From: Hydrolagus affinis
Taxonomy: Eukaryota
Reading direction: 5' to 3'
Assembly (NCBI GenBank): GCA_012026655.1
Contig: JAAILG010002404.1
Span: 1 to 54,888, forward strand
DNA: 54,888 nucleotides
Under the pieces are notes generated by a model, which was not told the origin of the DNA, ran no database searches, and saw only the letters and a program-made list of their open reading frames with translations. The translations under genes and the position numbers were made by a program. Below, in pieces: positions 39,350-51,222 of this stretch (the first letter of the stretch is position 1; each line of letters starts with the position of its first letter).

Positions 39350-40450
39350 GAGGAGAGGCACTGGATCGTTATTTGAAATCAAATAAGTGCAGGTTTAAAC
39401 CTTTACTAGGTGGATAGCGGGTACCAGTAAATTCCAACAAGCTTCCAGTTGAACAACACAGCTCTGCATGAAATACAAGAGCATCGCCACCATCTTCCTG
39501 CTCACAGCATGGACACATATCCCTACTCGTTGAATGATAGTTCCTCCAGGAGGAGGTGTGGAGATGGTCTCTCTGCATACCAATCAAGGTGGACACCAAG
39601 GTTGCCAAGTTCTTCATGTATGAACACAAGTCCATGAACTTGTATTCAAGATAATGCCTGGAAAACAGCTGTCGTCCTGAACCCGCGTTTTCTCATCAGC
39701 TATTTGATGGGCATCCATCTTCAGCGTGATGCAACAATCTTTACAAGACAGTTTGTAATGCACTAGCCACCTTCATGTTCCAAAGATCCAAACCAGACTT
39801 ACTTAGCCCCAACTATTTATTCAAAGTGCTTTTTGAGAGGCTTTGACAAATAGAACTACTTATCACGAAGCTGACAGCCTTCAGGCAGCTCAGCAACTGG
39901 TCAATGTATACCAGTGCCTTCCCACCCTGCAGCCTCATTCCCCCATTTACAAATCCACCTCACTTGTCCTAGACTTCACAAATGGGCTAAAGGAACCCTA
40001 TCTTCAGTATGCTCAGGAGCTCGGAACCATGAAGGAAAACATGTCTTATATGTCACAAGTTTAACACGCACTGGAACCTTGCTTTCCTTAACAAGGCACA
40101 AGAAAAACCAGAGTGCCCTTTTCGCTTTCTCAACACAGTCCAATAAGACAGTGTCCAACCAAACATTGGTGTCCACCACAACCCCCAGATCCCAATAAGA
40201 ATCAACAGTTAGGACTGATGCATTTCGTATCTTCCGATCAATACCTGCAACGTCCACTCTTGAGCTGCACAGTGCCTTAATATCGGACTTGGGGGCACCC
40301 ACCATCATGTCCCACTGAGTGACCCAGTGTTCAAGATGGTGAGTGTAGCACACGAGATCCCCAAGTGAGTCCGCCAACAGCACAATATCATCTGCAAACA
40401 GAAATGCCGCAATTCAGTCAGGAATGCCTGGAATAGATACACCAAGTCCA
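39350..40450 (-). mobile_element. Decayed non-LTR retrotransposon RT/C-terminus (not L2-like)
   Basis: AFLFADDIVLLADS (FADD at ~40387-40398), YWDLGVVVD (YLG motif) and C-terminal RDMCPCC; contains stops and frameshifts. Confidence 0.8.
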
Positions 40451-40540
40451 CCTGTACAGGAAGATGAACTCACGAAATAGGTGGTTTTAGGTACCTTAAG
40501 TTCCATTATAATTTCAGCATACATGTTTAGTCTATTTTAC

Positions 40541-40677
40541 CTGGAAAAGTATGAATAAATAGCTTTGAAGCATCCATCTATTTCTTCAAAAAGGGAAATG
40601 TCATTATATGCCTCTTTAATGGCTAGAGCTTCTGAGTGTACCACAAAGTGCTGCCCAAGTAGCCATGGAATATCTAC
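40541..40677 (-). CDS. Nested hAT-derived gene, exon 7 (CxxH region)
   Basis: Manual translation: VDIPWLLGQHFVVHSEALAIKEAYNDISLFEEIDGCFKAIYSYFS (cf. HCxAHRLxLA...IYxYFS); ttattacag| ... AG|GTAAAA; 137 nt. Confidence 0.9.
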
Positions 40678-41016
40678 CTGTAATAAAATGACAGCATAGA
40701 TTGATTCATATTGTACATTACAAGAACAGTTTAATGAGATACATTATATTAATGTGTTAATCCAAATTTAGTCAAAAGTTTCTGTATTATGGCATTCTAG
40801 ACACTTTTCCAGCAGTTGCCTGAGCCCAAGATATAACGGCAGATGCTAAGAAATTCCCAGAACCATTCATTAATATACTGCAATAATTATTTTAAAAATC
40901 TCTATTCTATCATTTAAATAGAAATTCCAAATAGGAACCCCATTTGGTTTAACAGACCAAAACCATTTGGTTTAACAAACCAAAATCTCTTTTAAGAGCA
41001 AACATAACTCCTTTAC

Positions 41017-41205
41017 CTTGAGCTTGAGATGAAGGCCTCCTTTTGAACCCATCATGATGGCTGATCCATTTGTTGTTATCATAGCCATAGATTGGAAACA
41101 GATCTGGTGTTCAACATAGAACTTCTTTATGGATTTGTATAGGGACATAGCATCAGCTTTACCATCCAAATACAGCAGCTTTATGAATTTTACCTGCAGT
41201 TCTGT
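41017..41205 (-). CDS. Nested hAT-derived gene, exon 6 (second Asp position = Asn)
   Basis: TELQVKFIKLLYLDGKADAMSLYKSIKKF...MITTNGSAIMMGSKGGLHLKLK aligns by eye to the consensus TDGAxxMxG; 189 nt, phase 0->0. Confidence 0.9.
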
Positions 41206-41617
41206 CTGTATACAATATATAAAACATTTTTTTTTAAACTAATGATAATCAACAACAACAACAAATTGCATTTTTTATTGCATTTTTTGGAGACAATCCA
41301 CTCCTGCTTTAACACTAAACTAGAAAAAGGTAAATAGATATAAATGTTGATAGAGAACAGAAAGCTTATACTGGTGGTAAGCCGTGCAATTGCTCTACAA
41401 TAATTTTTTTTAAAGATTTCACCTTTGGAATACAATAGTATCAGCCCTTCGAATAGCACATTAGAAGATATGAAAGTGAACACTGATCAGGATTTCAATT
41501 TAGTTATGTTTCTCAATAATCTTTAAATAGTTCACTCCTGTCAAATCTCTAGATTAGAAGCTAACATGAAGTAAGCCAGCCACAAGAGCTACTAAATATT
41601 ACAATCTGTTTGCCATA

Positions 41618-42388
41618 CAGGTGGCATGTCAAAAATCCGGCATGGTTGGGACCAAGCATCTCCCGGATTTTGGAGTTTGCTGGTACAGTAGAAGCCCGTT
41701 TATCCGTGACTCGATGCAACGGCACTTCCATATAACCGGCACGCCCCAAAAAAAGTCCCCATTCGAACTCATCCGGAACAATAACAGTGGAGCATTTGTA
41801 AATGCATAAATAATAACATAATAACAGAATATTGTATTGGTACTTATTGTTAAAACTACTCTCTTGCGCTTTTTACCTTTGCTGGTAGATGCTTCGCTGG
41901 ACTGTAAGCCTCAATCAGTAAAGGTGAGAAATGCAAAAGAGTAGTTTTAACAATAAGTACCAATATAATATTCTGTTATTATCTGTTATTACTCAGTCTG
42001 GTGTGTCTGGTGTGTGTTAAAATAACCTTTTTTTTTGTAGTGGGTTTTCAGCCGCGGTCCGCCCGAATATCCGGCAGGCGCTTTAACCAGCATTGGCCAG
42101 GTCAGGGTGCCGGATAAACGGGCTATTACTATATTTAGAAACCCGCCCTAACATTGCGTAATGTTGTTTTATTTTACACAATATAGTTTTTAAGTGTTAT
42201 TTAACGTGATTTATGTGTAAAAATATATAACAATCTAATGAAATAAGTGTTATTACTTAAAATTAAAATAAATTGTAAATTTAAATGGAATATTTTCAAA
42301 TCTTTTTTAGGGAAATCTTTGAAAAAATTTTTAGGGAGTTTTAGGGAGTTGCCGGCTTTTGGAATGCCGGATTATCGTCGTTTTACTG
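41618..42388. mobile_element. Older Tigger-like element hosting the nested MITE
   Basis: TA|CAGGTGGCATGTCAAAAATCCGGCA ... TGCCGGATTATCGTCGTTTTACTG|TA; imperfect TIRs. Confidence 0.55.
41686..42131. mobile_element. Tigger-like MITE with long internal hairpin
   Basis: TA|CAGTAGAAGCCCGTTTATCCG ... CGGATAAACGGGCTATTACTA|TA; same TIR family as the element at 20765. Confidence 0.85.
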
Positions 42389-43178
42389 TACCAAAATTAT
42401 ATTTTATTAGTTCTTGGGATTCTTAGAAGTGGTAGGACACTCCATTGCAAAACTAAAGAATATTTGTACATTTGCTTTCTCTCACCTAAATTTTGGCTAA
42501 CATCCACTGCTTGATAGCAGCATATTAATACAGTTCCGAAGATTGTACAATTATCAGCCCCTGAACTCTTGGCAGATTATCATTCTCAAAGGAAGGGATA
42601 TTAAGGCTGAGCCAAATATTGGTAACAGTTTCATTTCCTATCTATGTATATAAGTGTGTTTTCTACCTCTCCAACATTTGAATACTAAAACCATTATTAA
42701 GACAAGGAATTCTCCGATTGAGAAAGCATTCTTCAGTATCAATGATTCATATATTAAATTTGGTAGAAGTCTATCAAACCTATCAAAACATTTCAATTTT
42801 TGTAAACAATTCATAAAATTATAATCTCTACCTACTTTTCAGATATAAAACAATGACTAAATATGGGGAACATTAAAAAAAACTATATGGCATTTATCAA
42901 AATTAATATTTTGTCAGAATATTTTGTCTACTTCCTGAAAGCAATGTATACAAGCACAATGCAAGTACAGTATATGGATTCCATCCAGTTCAAATCCACT
43001 GAAGTTAAAATAATTACACAATAAAAACCATAATGTAAGGGGCAGCCAATATATATTCCGCATCTTGAAACTTACTCCCTTATTAGTTAAGTTGGTTGCA
43101 AATTCACTGAGAATTGGGCAAATAGGCCCTCTACGAAAGCCCACTCCCAGTAAAAAACCGACAAGTGGAGAACTTTAC

Positions 43179-43386
43179 CTTTGCTAGGAATTTTGTGTAC
43201 ATCAGCAGGTGCTTTTCGGTGGCAAACTCTGTACTTTCATCGACAACCAGAGAATGAACCCTGGCTTGCTTTAAAGCCCTCAAGTTTTCTGCCTCAACGG
43301 GTTCGTTAAGAGCTGCAACAAATTGCCAACTATAATTTTTGCTTCTGTGCCGTCTACCCAAAGACACACCATGGGTCTCTATTAAC
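43179..43386 (-). CDS. Nested hAT-derived gene, exon 5 (first catalytic Asp motif)
   Basis: LIETHGVSLGRRHRSKNY...HSLVVDESTEFATEKHLLMYTKFLAK; the DEST motif is typical of hAT RNase-H-like cores; 208 nt, phase 2->0. Confidence 0.92.
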
Positions 43387-43467
43387 CTATAATAAAAAAT
43401 GGTTGTGAGAAAAGCATAATGTAAACAACATGGAAGAAATTTATGTTTTAGAAGTACATTTCTTTAC

Positions 43468-43743
43468 CTGTGTAAGCTTTTAGCTTTGGAAATGGGTAAC
43501 TGTTCCTTGATTAACCAAAGAACATTTCTTAGGAGATGAACAATGTCATCTTTTGTGTCACTGCTCAGAGCATCAGTAAACAGTGCCTTCTCCCAGTTGG
43601 CTGCATTTAACGGGACAGACAGCGCCTGAAGGTGTTCCCTGCTGGCCAGGTGGCGAAGCATATAATCTTTTTTCCAACCACCTTGTGGTTCAGACCTACC
43701 GCTTGTCCACTCTGTATCAGTAATGCTATTATCAACACAGACT
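43468..43743 (-). CDS. Nested hAT-derived gene, exon 4 (rest of zinc finger)
   Basis: The junction completes CFCKVC; then WTSG...GWKKDYMLRHLASREH (HxxSxxH); attttag| ... AG|GTAAAG; 276 nt. Confidence 0.9.
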
Positions 43744-43848
43744 CTAAAATAGAACACAAACCAAAAAAAATTTGTTTCCCTTGCATAAAAATCCATAAAT
43801 AACACTGTTAATTTCAATGATTCTTGCTTGTTAAATACTGATTCTTAC

Positions 43849-44084
43849 TTGCAAAAACACTTGTTTTGTTGCTCATCATATAAGAAACAGAATAGCCGTG
43901 GATCCATTTGAAGCCATGATTTGATTCTACAATTACTTCCTCTACACCTTTTCAATGCTGCAAAATCGGAGTCGGAACTTTCCTTCAAATGACCATTAAT
44001 ACTATTGGAGTATAAATTGTCAGCCCCACCTTTGTCTTCATCTTCATCAATCTCATGGCCATTAACACATTCCTCCTCAGAATT
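43849..44084 (-). CDS. Nested hAT-derived gene, exon 3 (acidic N-terminus, start of TTF/BED-type zinc finger)
   Basis: tttctgcag|NSEEECVNGHEIDEDEDK...KSWLQMDPRLFCFLYDEQQNKCFC; donor AA|GTAAGA; 236 nt open, phase 0->2. Confidence 0.85.
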
Positions 44085-44180
44085 CTGCAGAAAAACATAG
44101 TGAAATTATACTTTAGGTGATGACTTTTAAAATGAACTCATCATTAAAACAATTTTTAAAAAATCAATCAAAAATGTTAC

Positions 44181-44250
44181 CTCGGATGATCTTGTAGTTT
44201 TATGCTGAAACAATTCTAAAATAGAGCGATGTATTGTATGTCCATCCAAA
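44181..44250 (-). CDS. Nested hAT-derived gene, exon 2
   Basis: ttttccag|T TTG GAT... gives LDGHTIHRSILELFQHKTTRSSE; donor GAG|GTAACA; 70 nt, phase 2->0; 96-nt intron to the next exon. Confidence 0.6.
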
Positions 44251-45115
44251 CTGGAAAATGTGAAACATGAAGTTAAAAATAAAATACGAAATGCTTAAAT
44301 AAAAAAATGATATTTTTAAAATGTGTTTTTATCCCTTTTGCTTCTGTGATCACCAAAAAAGGTTTTAAATCTTAACCATTTCACCTTCTAGCCCTCTCTT
44401 AATTTCTATATGGATCTCTTATATTTGGATAACTCCTTCTAACATCACCTTATAATGCTCTCTTATGGAATCAAATTTATTTTAATTAGGAAAGGTAGCA
44501 ACTTCCCAATTCAGTAACAAAAAGTCATTCTATTCTAGAGAATCTGCACAATTGTATTCACCTAAAGAATTTCGACTTATCTTTGATTTGGGTAATTTTG
44601 AAACACCAGGCTTCTCATTAACAGAGAAAGGATTGCCCCACGGCAATAATTATCAAATGACTGTACTCTAGAAACTACAAGTCACTTTATAAATTCCCCA
44701 TTTTCTCCTTACTATATATGAAACATCAAAATAAAACCAGACAAAAAAACTAGCTTGTTGTTTTTAGCTATTCACAAACTTAATTCTCCATTAGTCAATC
44801 ACACATATTCCTATACACTGACGATCAGTTTCATCACAATGGTTTCTGAGTCATTTTGCGCAGTAATATCATATGGGCCTGTATAATTTTTAAATTGTGG
44901 TTAATTAGTATTTTTGTGGATTAAAGTATTCATAGAAAGTGCCTACACTCTGCAATGCTGTGTATTTGCAGAAAGTTCAAAAACCTAAATTGTTTTGGTA
45001 CTTCAAGCTTTAAGGATCTTTCTATACCTTGACTACCCCATAACATGGTATCTTTTATTTTATTAAAAGGAATAAAAACACATTTAAATCACACTATATA
45101 TTTTTTTCCTCTTAC

Positions 45116-45150
45116 CTTTCAAAACATAACTTGCACCCTTTTAGCGTCAT
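45116..45150 (-). CDS. Nested hAT-derived gene, tentative first coding exon (MTLKGCKLCFE)
   Basis: First ATG after an in-frame stop, followed by a strong donor AAG|GTAAGA. Its phase 2 matches the next exon. A possible acceptor at 45343 would make the upstream part 5' UTR. No homology support. Confidence 0.45.
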
Positions 45151-47382
45151 AACTGCACATGAAAACCAGCTGGTCCTTCCACAGCCTTAGGGAGTTCCTC
45201 CACAGTTGCCCCATCTTGTCAACGAATATATTTGGCGGATTCTCAAATGCTTCAGCAGTCCTTTCCTCACTGCAGCTCCAAAGCTTCCTCAAGTCCCCAA
45301 TAACACCAATGGATAGAAAACTACTGACCACAGTTCCGGAGCCCTGATTGATTTAAAAAGCTGACCACACGCTTTTTTAAAAAAAATTGTAGACAGGCCA
45401 ATTTTCAGTTTCGGTGCCAGTTTGCAGGGAAAAGAACAGCAAAAGCGCATATGACTGCAAGAAAAACTCAGAAAATGCACTTGGATATTTGGTCACAGAA
45501 ATACTGCTCTAAATCTACTCTGTACATTGTGCACAAAACTTAGTTACACCACATTACTCTGAAGTGCATTTCTCCTCCACCCACTCCGCAAAGAGACAAA
45601 CGCTTGTAAAGAGACTGATAATGCATTAACTGGTGGATGGACACTTGCATCAAAACCTTAGCCAAAGATCTATTCTCAAAATCATTCAATTTTGCTATTA
45701 ATTTTTTTTTACTATTATTTTCATTTGTAGAACATTTGTGGCACATTCTAGAACAATGGCTGAATTCAAAATTACTGCAACACTCGTACAAAATTCTTTG
45801 TAAATATCCTAAAGGTTGTAACCATAACTTGCACTGATAATAAAACACCACATGCACCATAAAAGAAAGGTTAACTTTATAGTTTATTCCTCATTCTTCA
45901 AATGTCTAAATTTTCCAAAAATTGATAGTTGTTACAAGCAGCAATATGTAAGAATTGCTGATAGTGGAAAAAGGTTACCTCTAGCGCCAATAGAAGGCAG
46001 ATACTCCAGCAGTGTGTGGAGAATGATGAATGAAGATAGAAAGATTACCTACCTTTGTAGGGCTTCATTATTCTACAAGTGGCAACATTCTCCATACACC
46101 ATGAGAATACCCTTCTCCCACTGACACTAGTAGGTAACATTTGCTGAGGTCAAATATTATCTACTCACAGGAGTAGCATATTCATATGGTATATGATGGG
46201 TGGGAAGTGAAGAACTGTTTTTTCTACAGTTATTTAAATTAAATTTTAAATTTTTTTTGCTGCTATTAGGTCATAATACACTGCTTTGTTTAGTTTTGTT
46301 TCACGATATAATGTACTTCTTTACCCACTCAAATACAAAATCACAAAAGAAAAATCAAATGTTCTGTGGCATATCCACAATGATACAAATAGATTATTTA
46401 ACCAGATTATTTATACATAATATTAAGTACTAAATAAATTGAAGATTAAGATTTTAATCAAAGTGAAAACATCCAAGAATGAATTTTGTGCTTTTATACA
46501 TTAAATGCACCAAATAAATGCATCCTATATTAGGTCGCAATTATGCAGTAGCAACTTAAAACTGAATGGAAACATTGTCCATCAAAGGACGTTCAATCTA
46601 GGATGACTAAGAGCTGTCCCAGCCTACTAGTTTGCTTACTGTTTTTATAACTGGTTTAATTCAATTGATATTTACAATATATTCTTTGTTTCTATAAACG
46701 ATTTCAGCTGCCACACAATAAACAATCACCAAAAGACAATCCTGCACATGCACTATTTCAACAGAAAGCAGCAAAAAATAATATTTTTTTTATCGTACAA
46801 ACATGTACTGGTCAAACTTCCCTACCTTTCTAAATCATGGAAAAAATCAATTGGGAGAGGAATAATTTAAATTCCTGAAATATCAGAATATGGAGATAAG
46901 GAAGAATAAGACATTTACTCAATCAAAGCAAGAAAGAATGCTTTTATTATATTTTACTATTATGGCTAACAAATTTCCAAAGCCATTTTACATCATGCAA
47001 AGTACAACATTTTAGCTATGTAAAACAATGTACAGGATTTAATAGTATTTAGTATTTAAAGTCTCACCACCCAAATGTCACGTTGCTAGCTACGCATAAA
47101 TGTATAGATTTTCCAGTTTCCATGTACAGTATATCAAAGGTCTGTCCCTCTGAATATGCTAATATTCATACATCATACATCTTCCCTAATGAAGACACAC
47201 CATTCACCAATAAGTACCTTTCTAAGTTTCCGGAAATCTGAGTCTTAGATACCTAGTCTCCTTGTTTAAAAGGTGCACCAGTAGACCTTTCATCACAATA
47301 ATAACATTACACGAATTTACATTCACTTTATATTATTGGGTTATAATATGGGTGTTTTGTTCATGTAATAATGGGCCTTTTG

Positions 47383-47492
47383 CCCACAAATATACAATTA
47401 ATACACTGTATATTCTGTGAAGTGCTTTGCGGCATCTAGAAGACGTGAAAAGCGCTGTATCAAATGCAAGGATTACTTTTATTTTATTATTA
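47383..47492 (+). mobile_element. SINE 3' tail
   Basis: Same tail sequence as the other copies. Confidence 0.8.
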
Positions 47493-50400
47493 ATATGCTA
47501 CATATCCCTACCTATTCATTCTTCAGTCATGTAATACAAGCAAGAACATACTATCAGTGCAGTACATTAGTGGCAGACAGATTTACAGCATGAAGCAAAT
47601 ATTCAAATTTCCCTGCACTGAATAAAAGAGGGAAGTGGTTTTCTGATAATCAGTTGTGCTACATCCTAAACTGAGAAAATAAATATATAGGATATGTGAA
47701 TTCCAAGTTGGGCTCAATTCAGATTATGCAAGAACATTCTGATATCCCCTACTTAATTCATCATTACACCACTGGACGTTTACTGAAACCATTGTGATCC
47801 TAAACACTTACTTCAGAACAATGCAAATCAACAAATATTTTTAGTTCTTATCCCACTGTATGTCAGTGGAAAGTACAATCAATGTTTACATCCATTACCA
47901 TTTATCTCCATTGCATTGGGTGCTCATTAGACAATTTTTAAGATGCATGGTGATCACAGAATAAACATCACACTGTGCTAGTCATTTCCACAGTTCTCTC
48001 ACTTGTACAATAATGCCTTTGTAACTCACTCATATGACTTTTGAATTATGAGCCTTTCCACTGATAGGCATGAAACACCTTTCATTATTGCCAGATCTAA
48101 TGAACTCCCAATTTATGCCCTCATTAATATTGTCCTACCAATTTCAATAAACTACATAAGACCTCACAGTAAAGAAATATCAAATGCAAAGTTGATGCAA
48201 CTGTTTCATTCTATCTAAAATTGGAAGTGGAAAAATATTCAACAAAAATAACAAGGATGAGGATGGAAAAATGGAAAACAGCACTTTCATTTTGTTAAAA
48301 AAAAAAGTTCAAAAAAGACGTTTAACAAATTATCTGATAGCCACAAAACAAAACCAGAATACTGACAAAGTAAATGAATTCAAAACGTGCAATAATAGCC
48401 ATCACGCTGGTAAAATACATGTGGCATGCAAACATTGAACATTAAAGCAGGGGTTGAATTCAACACTTGCCAGTAACCCCAGGATTAGTCGAGATACTCA
48501 TTTTTAAAAGAATTGATTATAAGAGATCATTATAGCCATAACAGTCTTCCAATCTCCAAAAAGAGAACAAATAAATACATTAATAGCATGTCTTAAAACA
48601 TGCAATAATAAATAAAGAGCAAGACTGCAAGACTGAATGCCTTACGAGTATCTTGTGTCTCAGACTAGAGAAATTTCCCCTATTGAGCTACCAAATTAGA
48701 AGTTGATAAAGTTCCCAAAATATTTTTTAAAAACATATTTTTAACCCCTGCGTTAACATTTTAACCATTACGACACACTTTGACCTTTTTGGTGTATAAT
48801 GTAATACAGTATCATGATCTTGAGGTTTTTTCTAAAAAAAATTCTAGGAGAGTGAACAATTTTGCACTCTATAGCCGCATCAAAACATTTGCAAAAATTT
48901 TAAAATTGCATAATCGTACACAAGTTAAATTTACCACTTGACATATAGTATTCATTAATTTAAAAGACTATGCTAAAATTGTTAAAATTCAAGGCTCTGC
49001 TCACTCCCATAGAATAATGCAGAATACCTCACCAGTGGCCCAAGAGTTCCAGTCCTACTCATTCACTTGAGCAAAAGATCATCCTAACTACTTGTGCCTG
49101 CAGCATTTGTAAGTTACGGCCAACTCAATGTCACCAGTGAGATATCCTCAATGCCACACAAGTTTACTGCAGATGTCAGGCACAAGGAAATCGCAATCAA
49201 TTTCAACTCACAATTACATACAAATTACAATGGGCTTTCAAGTGTACTGTTCAACAATTTCCACTGCATTTTTTTAAAACTGCACTAACTTTATCAATCG
49301 TTAATGTTTCTTTACAATTATGACAACGCAATAATCACACAACTCAACTTAGGTTCTTAATGAGTAATATTTGCCTAGAGAAATGTTGGTCAGACACTGC
49401 AAATGGAATAAAATGAAAATTTCAAAAACAAAAGAAAATAGATATAATAGTAATACTAATAATATTATAAAATATATGTAGAGAAACTGTAATTTTAAAG
49501 GTAACAACTACTGTAGCAATAATGTTAAATTGTTGGTTGCATGTAAAGACTGAAAACACACAAAAAAAATGCTGAGCATGCTATTTCCAGCTTCATCGAT
49601 TACCATGAATTAGCTGAACACAACAGTTTTAGACCAAAAGATAAGATATTAGGTACTGTTAAGGTACTGTTTTAATTGATTTGTGTTCCACCATTCTAAA
49701 CTATACAAATTGTTGTTGTTGTTCAGATACAGTAACCATTACTGGACTTCATACGTAGTCCTTTTAAAGAAACCATGGAGTGTCACTAAGAAAAGCAACC
49801 AACATTCTTTCATAGAGATTGTCAACTGGAAGAAATACCTGATAGACAGTTAATCAGTTAAAACTTTTGACTATGAATTTCATTCTCCTTAATGTCGCTC
49901 TGATTCTGTGCACTAATGTTGGCATGCCAGTTCAACTGTGATGAAATTGAGCCAGTGACATAAGAATTAGAGCAACAATCTATAGTCTATGCAGCCCAAT
50001 TCCACCCCTATATTGAGTTGCGATTAGGATATCACACTGGTGACAATACATAAAAATACATTTCTTTCATATCTGCAAGTCCCAAAATGTACAAGCAATA
50101 CAGGCACAAGTGATATCTGGATAAAACATTTCACAAATGAAAAACAACAACATTAACAGGAACACTGTCTCTGGTGCTGCAATGAAATACAGAGCTCAAG
50201 ATCTCAATCGGACACCCAATATTTATCTTGAATTGGGAAATGTGAGCAGCATTGTTGAAGGAATGTAAATACTCTGAATCACAATTTGTTTTGTTTTTAA
50301 ATCCTTGGCAACTTACAAATAGTGAAGACAAAGGTGATATCAATGGTGGTATATGTGAAATACATTTATTATATTCAATATTGCTGAAGCAGAATTTAAA

Positions 50401-51222
50401 CAGCATGAAGCTATAGCTTCGTACTTATTTATTCTTGCGTCACAACTTGTAATTTTGCTGCTCACAAAATCAACTGTTCATACATTTGTGAAGTCAAAAG
50501 TAGTGTCACATATGGGAGAACATTTCACAGACAGCCACAGAACACAATGTTTAATAGAGAAAACATACAAAATGCTACCTAGAGACAAAATCACCCCTGA
50601 AGAATAATCAGAATCGCTCAACATTCATTCCAGGCCTTTCTTCACTCAAACGAAAGGTAAGCGCAACTCATGTCACACCTGTGGCAGTATTGAGTTAAGT
50701 ATCTTTCATATTCGTAAAAGAAGCTGCATCATGATAATATGGCAAGATACCAAGTTATGTTTAAGGTGTCCATCAAGGCACACATCTGTACAGAATCCCG
50801 TACATGTACAGGTTATCAATCAGAATATGTGAGCATATATGTTTTAGCAATTGGGTATATACTGTATATACACACTTATCAACCCTCCCCTCCCTACAAT
50901 CGTTTTGGCATGAATTACTGGGCACAAAACTGTTGTCATCGAGGCAGTAAATCCACAACAACCAGCAACCACTTAAAACAGTGGACACCTTGAACTGCGC
51001 AAGCGTGTGCAGCTTACTTCAATACACATCAATCTTAACTTACCTTCCCTCTCCTTATTTTATACGAGGAGGAGCCGGGTGCTGCTGAGGGTATTATGAT
51101 TAAACACGGTTTTTTTGTGTGTGTGCATGTGTGTGTATATGTATATTGCGTTTCCGAAGATTATGATAATAAGGCAGAGGAGGCAGGACAACAGCCAACA
51201 CCCCCCCACCCCCTACCCCCAC

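Noticed and set aside
34110-45150. Reading the hAT exons as an active autonomous transposon or as scattered pseudogene fragments
   Set aside because: Catalytic D->N and C->F changes, many TE-filled introns and no TIRs seen argue against an active element. A fully open, phase-consistent frame argues against a pseudogene. A TIR search by eye is not exhaustive.
45975-46140. Possible extra upstream exon(s) of the nested gene (donor-like GAG|GTAACC and AAG|GTAGGT on the minus strand)
   Set aside because: No convincing acceptor or coding signal; cannot be supported without transcript data.
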